DNA of 36,727 nt, from positions 1-36,727 of the forward strand of contig ADNK01002262.1 of NCBI GenBank assembly GCA_000320545.1, written 5' to 3'. Origin of the DNA: Bigelowiella natans CCMP2755 (lineage: Eukaryota; Protista; Cercozoa). Made by a program: the position numbers and the translations under genes. Below are positions 33,280-36,727 of this stretch, in pieces. Every line of letters begins with the position of its first letter. The stretch's first letter is position 1. Below the pieces are notes generated by a model, which worked only from the letters and a program-made list of their open reading frames with translations, made no database searches and had not been told where the DNA came from.

Positions 33280-34569
33280 CTATTTTTGCTTTCGTTGAAA
33301 CATTAGTTTTAGATGGATGCTACTTTTGTTAGGCATTCGTATAGGGACTAAATCACCGGTTAAGCGATGCTTCCAAAATGCCGAAATCTGTATACTTTTC
33401 AAGGGGATGTTCGCAGAGGTAAAGTTAATATATCTGTATTCACCGCTTGGAACATAGGTAATCGTTCCGCTATAATCATCGGCACTACTAATACCTACTG
33501 TCATATCACTAATAACCTTTTGGGAGGTATCTTGCCTACTATCGCTTACTTGCTGTCGGTCCACAAATTCTAAAGGTGTTCCTGTGATTTCACTCTCAAT
33601 GGGAATGATATTGGTAGTAAATACAATCGCACTGACTGGACACCATAAACTGCTCACACTCTCATAGTCTTGAGATAAAATACTATATGTTTTATTTCCT
33701 TTGGTGAGTGAATGAAGGTCTAAATCATCCTCAATTGGTAGAATATCGTAGGCACATCCCGGTATGGACATATTTTCTACTATATCAGTAATTGTGCCTC
33801 TGTTATATTCTATAGTGTTTTTAAGGTCGCCTCCTATATAGTTGTGATGAAAATTGCTAAAGAGTAAAAAGAGATTGCTGTTAAAAAACAATCTACCTTT
33901 CACATCAAAAATGGTATTGTTGAACCTGTTGTCTTTCTTTCCGTGTATATCCTTGTCTAAATAAAGTTTAAATAACTGCGAACTCTCTTCATAATAAAGT
34001 ATAGGTGCTTTGAGATTGTCTAAATGTGTTATTTCATCAGGAAGAAGACCTGGGACTTCTGCTTTACATTTAGCAATCAGGTTGTCGTGACATCGTTTAA
34101 GAGTTTTGTTTATCAAGTGTGCTATATGACTATAGGTAGAGACATAGTAATAATTTGTAGATAAGTCCATCTGCTTCCCTACAGTTGTGGGTGGACTGGT
34201 GTTTTTGTTCTGGGTTTCAAAATAGACAGTTTCGGTCTGAGACTTTTTGTGATGTATCCCATTTTGAATAAAGTGGTAGAACAGAGTTATTTTGTAAATG
34301 GTCTTATTCGCATCGGTCTGGTCTCGTTCAATTTCAGGTATAAATATAGGGATTTCTCTACCTACACCATTTAATTGAAACCGAATGATGGAGAAATACC
34401 AACTGCTGACATCGTCTAATAATGCCTTTGATAGGGTGTCTGTATAACTCACTACAGGATTATCCTTATTGCTGTCTATGGTCTCGTTATTCACAATATC
34501 TAAATTGTAATAAAGGTGGTCTTGATGCTCTTTGTTAAAATTATTCATAGCAAATATATAACTATTCAT
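33280..34569 (-). CDS. Virophage minor capsid protein (penton), 429 aa
   Basis: HLYYNLDIVN, WYFSIIRFQL..IPIFIP, WCPVSAIVFTT, ITYVPSGEYRYI, PLKSIQISAFWK, IHLKLMFQRK; immediately upstream of MCP. Confidence 0.88.
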   Translation of the reverse strand: MNSYIFAMNNFNKEHQDHLYYNLDIVNNETIDSNKDNPVVSYTDTLSKALLDDVSSWYFSIIRFQLNGVGREIPIFIPEIERDQTDANKTIYKITLFYHFIQNGIHHKKSQTETVYFETQNKNTSPPTTVGKQMDLSTNYYYVSTYSHIAHLINKTLKRCHDNLIAKCKAEVPGLLPDEITHLDNLKAPILYYEESSQLFKLYLDKDIHGKKDNRFNNTIFDVKGRLFFNSNLFLLFSNFHHNYIGGDLKNTIEYNRGTITDIVENMSIPGCAYDILPIEDDLDLHSLTKGNKTYSILSQDYESVSSLWCPVSAIVFTTNIIPIESEITGTPLEFVDRQQVSDSRQDTSQKVISDMTVGISSADDYSGTITYVPSGEYRYINFTSANIPLKSIQISAFWKHRLTGDLVPIRMPNKSSIHLKLMFQRKQK

Positions 34570-34594
34570 TATTAATAAAATTTAGATAATTTTT

Positions 34595-35473
34595 TTAATA
34601 TTTTAAATTGTTTTTTTTGATGTATTGTGATGCTTCAATAAACTTTAGTCCCTTATCTTTCATCAATTTTTTAATCAAAGCACCCCTTCGTTTCCTTCTG
34701 TCGTTTGGATTTGTGGATTTGACCCTTGACTTAACAATCTTAAATCCTTTCTCACATTGGATGTTGTTGCTTCGGTTGGTTTTCCTTTTCTTTTCTGTAC
34801 TGATGATGGTGGGTGTAATACGACGAGACGGTTTGGATTTTTTAGTTTTCCTTCCTTTTGTAACATCTACCTCATTGATTTCATCCAGCGATTTGCCTGT
34901 GTATTTAAGTGCGATGTCGTTCAGTCTTTCTCGTTCTGCTTCCTGTGCTTTTGTTCCACCTACTCGTTTACCTTTCCCTGATTTCTTTTCTTCGTCTATT
35001 ATCACATTTGTTTTCTTATTCCCTTTGCTACTTTTCAACTTTTTATTTACCCTGTCCATTATCCTTTTCTTAAATTCTTTGTTGCTCTCCACCCACTGAA
35101 ATAGTTCTTTTGAAGGTTTGTCTACCACTACCCAATCGTCTTTAGCACCTCCATAGTGGTATCCTTTTCCTTTGACTTTTTGAATGAGTGCCTTTATATT
35201 AATCTTTTTCTTCTTCTTCTTTTTGTGTTTTACTCCAGATGCTTGGACGACTTCATTCGCTACATCCAGGACAGGTGCTATTTCTGGGAGTAATTTTTTA
35301 CCCACTTTCATAGGTATTGAAAACCCCTGCTTAAAACCTTTGTGAAAGTCTTTCCAAAATCCAGCACCCATTATATTCTTTAGTTGTTTAACTTCGTCAT
35401 CCATTTCCATAATATTCTTAGCATAGTGTAATCCTAACTGTAATGCTCTTGATTTATCAGCATTCTGTGACAT
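34595..35473 (-). CDS. Lys-rich putative core/DNA-condensing virion protein
   Basis: Highly basic; several Gly motifs (IMGAG, HYGG, RVGG), amphipathic FWKDFHKGFKQGF, C-terminal RGALIKKLMKDKGLKFIEASQYIK. Start at 35473 or 35494. Function inferred. Confidence 0.6.
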   Translation of the reverse strand: MSQNADKSRALQLGLHYAKNIMEMDDEVKQLKNIMGAGFWKDFHKGFKQGFSIPMKVGKKLLPEIAPVLDVANEVVQASGVKHKKKKKKKINIKALIQKVKGKGYHYGGAKDDWVVVDKPSKELFQWVESNKEFKKRIMDRVNKKLKSSKGNKKTNVIIDEEKKSGKGKRVGGTKAQEAERERLNDIALKYTGKSLDEINEVDVTKGRKTKKSKPSRRITPTIISTEKKRKTNRSNNIQCEKGFKIVKSRVKSTNPNDRRKRRGALIKKLMKDKGLKFIEASQYIKKNNLKY

Positions 35474-35538
35474 ATGTATATATATATAAATCATTAGATA
35501 TTTTTTTTCTCAATAAAATTTTCTATATAATAATTAAT

Positions 35539-36306
35539 ATGGTGAAAAAATTTAAAGATGTCATTGATGAGAAAGAGTATTACATAGGTTCTGTGAATTC
35601 CTATAAACAAAAACCTACAGACATAAACCAAAACCTAAAATTAAAATATGATAGTGATACTTTTGATGTATATATAGACGAGAAACTCAAAGTCATATTA
35701 ATAACAATTAGAGGGACTAAACCTACAAGTATGGGTGATTTATATGCCGATTACAAGATTGCTTGGAATAATCTACAAGCAAGTAATAGATTTAAAACTG
35801 ACATTAAGAGAATGGACGAAATAATAAAGCAATATAAACCCAGTCAATATCTGTATTTCATAACAGGTCATTCTTTAGGTGGAGCGATAGTGAATGAATT
35901 TATAAGGAGGTATCCTCTTATTAAATATGCTACAACCTTCAATGGAGCATCTCAACCCCAAGATATAAAGATACAGAACAACGATAAGGTGAAGAGAATA
36001 TACATAAACAAAGACTTTTTATATAGACTTAACAACGGATACAGATATGATAGGTTGAAGGTGTTGAAATACAATCCTGAACAAGTTAGAAGTTTCTTTG
36101 ATTTTGTGAAAAGAAGGTTTGACTATACCCCAACTATGCTAAAGGCACACAGTTTAGACCAACCTGCTTTCAGGAAACTATATAATTACGAAGATGGAAA
36201 CCCAACGATATTACGGAACGACTATGTTGAAGGCGGATGTAAAAAGAAGAAGAAATGTAGGTGTAAATACAAAAAGATTATCTCTAAAATTATAAATCTC
36301 AAATAA
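35539..36306 (+). CDS. Class-3 lipase / alpha-beta hydrolase
   Basis: ITIRGT oxyanion segment, TGHSLGG nucleophile elbow, TFNGA, distal AHSL. ATG at 35539 has TCTA 13 nt upstream. Confidence 0.9.
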   Translation: MVKKFKDVIDEKEYYIGSVNSYKQKPTDINQNLKLKYDSDTFDVYIDEKLKVILITIRGTKPTSMGDLYADYKIAWNNLQASNRFKTDIKRMDEIIKQYKPSQYLYFITGHSLGGAIVNEFIRRYPLIKYATTFNGASQPQDIKIQNNDKVKRIYINKDFLYRLNNGYRYDRLKVLKYNPEQVRSFFDFVKRRFDYTPTMLKAHSLDQPAFRKLYNYEDGNPTILRNDYVEGGCKKKKKCRCKYKKIISKIINLK

Positions 36307-36313
36307 TATATAT

Positions 36314-36727
36314 ATGAATTTATGTAAGAATGTAGATTTCCATAAAAGTTTAGATAATCTTGTCAGCAGTCTTAAATCCTACCCTCTTTCCAATTATGAT
36401 TTAACAAATGCTCACCCCAACATCAGAATAACTACATCTGCCGACTTACCGAAATTGCGATTTGCCGACCAACTATTTAATGGTAATATCGGTGTCTTGT
36501 TGTGGTTGAATGAGGAGAATTCAGACACTGGTTGGGTTTAATACGGAAACAGCACACAATAGAAATTTTTGATAGTTATGGATTTCCTTTTAAGAATATC
36601 AACAAGCACCTAAACTCCAAAATGAATATCTCGCCTATGTGTATTAAACCTCATTAAGAAAAGCGGATACAACCTATATTAATAAGAAAATATACCAAAA
36701 CAGGACCGATAAAAGCAATGCTACCTG
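36314..36727 (+). pseudogene. Adenain/Ulp1-like virophage maturation cysteine protease, frameshifted (decay or sequencing error), cut by window end
   Basis: YPLSNYDL...VLLWLNEENS in one frame; HWLGLIRKQHTIEIFDSYG in another (from 36526); INKKIYQNRTDKSNAT-tg[Cys if the next base is t/c] in a third (36678-36727). Confidence 0.8.

Larger units (their letters stand above)
25150..36727. mobile_element. Endogenous virophage (Lavidaviridae/Maveriviricetes-like provirus), left part; right end outside window
   Basis: Abrupt change to intronless, tightly packed, AT-rich genes carrying virophage-type MCP, penton, adenain-type protease, rve integrase, lipase and Tlr6F, contiguous with intron-rich host genes. 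The left boundary is approximate. Confidence 0.92.

Noticed and set aside
25150-36727. Classical Polinton/Maverick, NCLDV fragment or bacterial prophage
   Set aside because: The ~600-aa MCP and ~430-aa penton motifs are virophage-type; there are no phage genes; R2 and Tlr6F alone do not indicate an NCLDV.

Overview
Eukaryotic (protist-type) genomic DNA in two parts. 1-~25,130 is intron-dense, microsatellite-rich host DNA in which I spliced seven genes by hand, on strictly alternating strands: a calcineurin-like metallophosphoesterase (+, 5'-truncated), a multi-SAM-domain protein (-), an ankyrin/OGFOD2-like Fe(II)-2OG dioxygenase fusion (+), a glycosyltransferase-like protein (-), a hypothetical coiled-coil protein (+), the R-SNARE YKT6 (-) and an ankyrin-CaaX protein (+). 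From ~25,150 to the window end the DNA is intronless, gene-dense and mostly AT-rich: an integrated (endogenous) virophage with rve integrase, ribonucleotide reductase R2, Tlr6F/DUF5754, virophage-type major capsid and penton, a basic core-like protein, class-3 lipase and a frameshifted adenain-type maturation protease. It shows a fixed-distance TCT[A/C]-N11-13-ATG promoter motif, AT-rich hairpins, and a 788-aa SAM-SAM-coiled-coil-Kelch cargo gene whose six near-identical blades vary mainly at predicted ligand-face codons. The right end, packaging ATPase and replication genes are not in the window. All family calls come from motif recognition by eye; no searches were run. Host exon boundaries are approximate and single-base indel errors are probably present.
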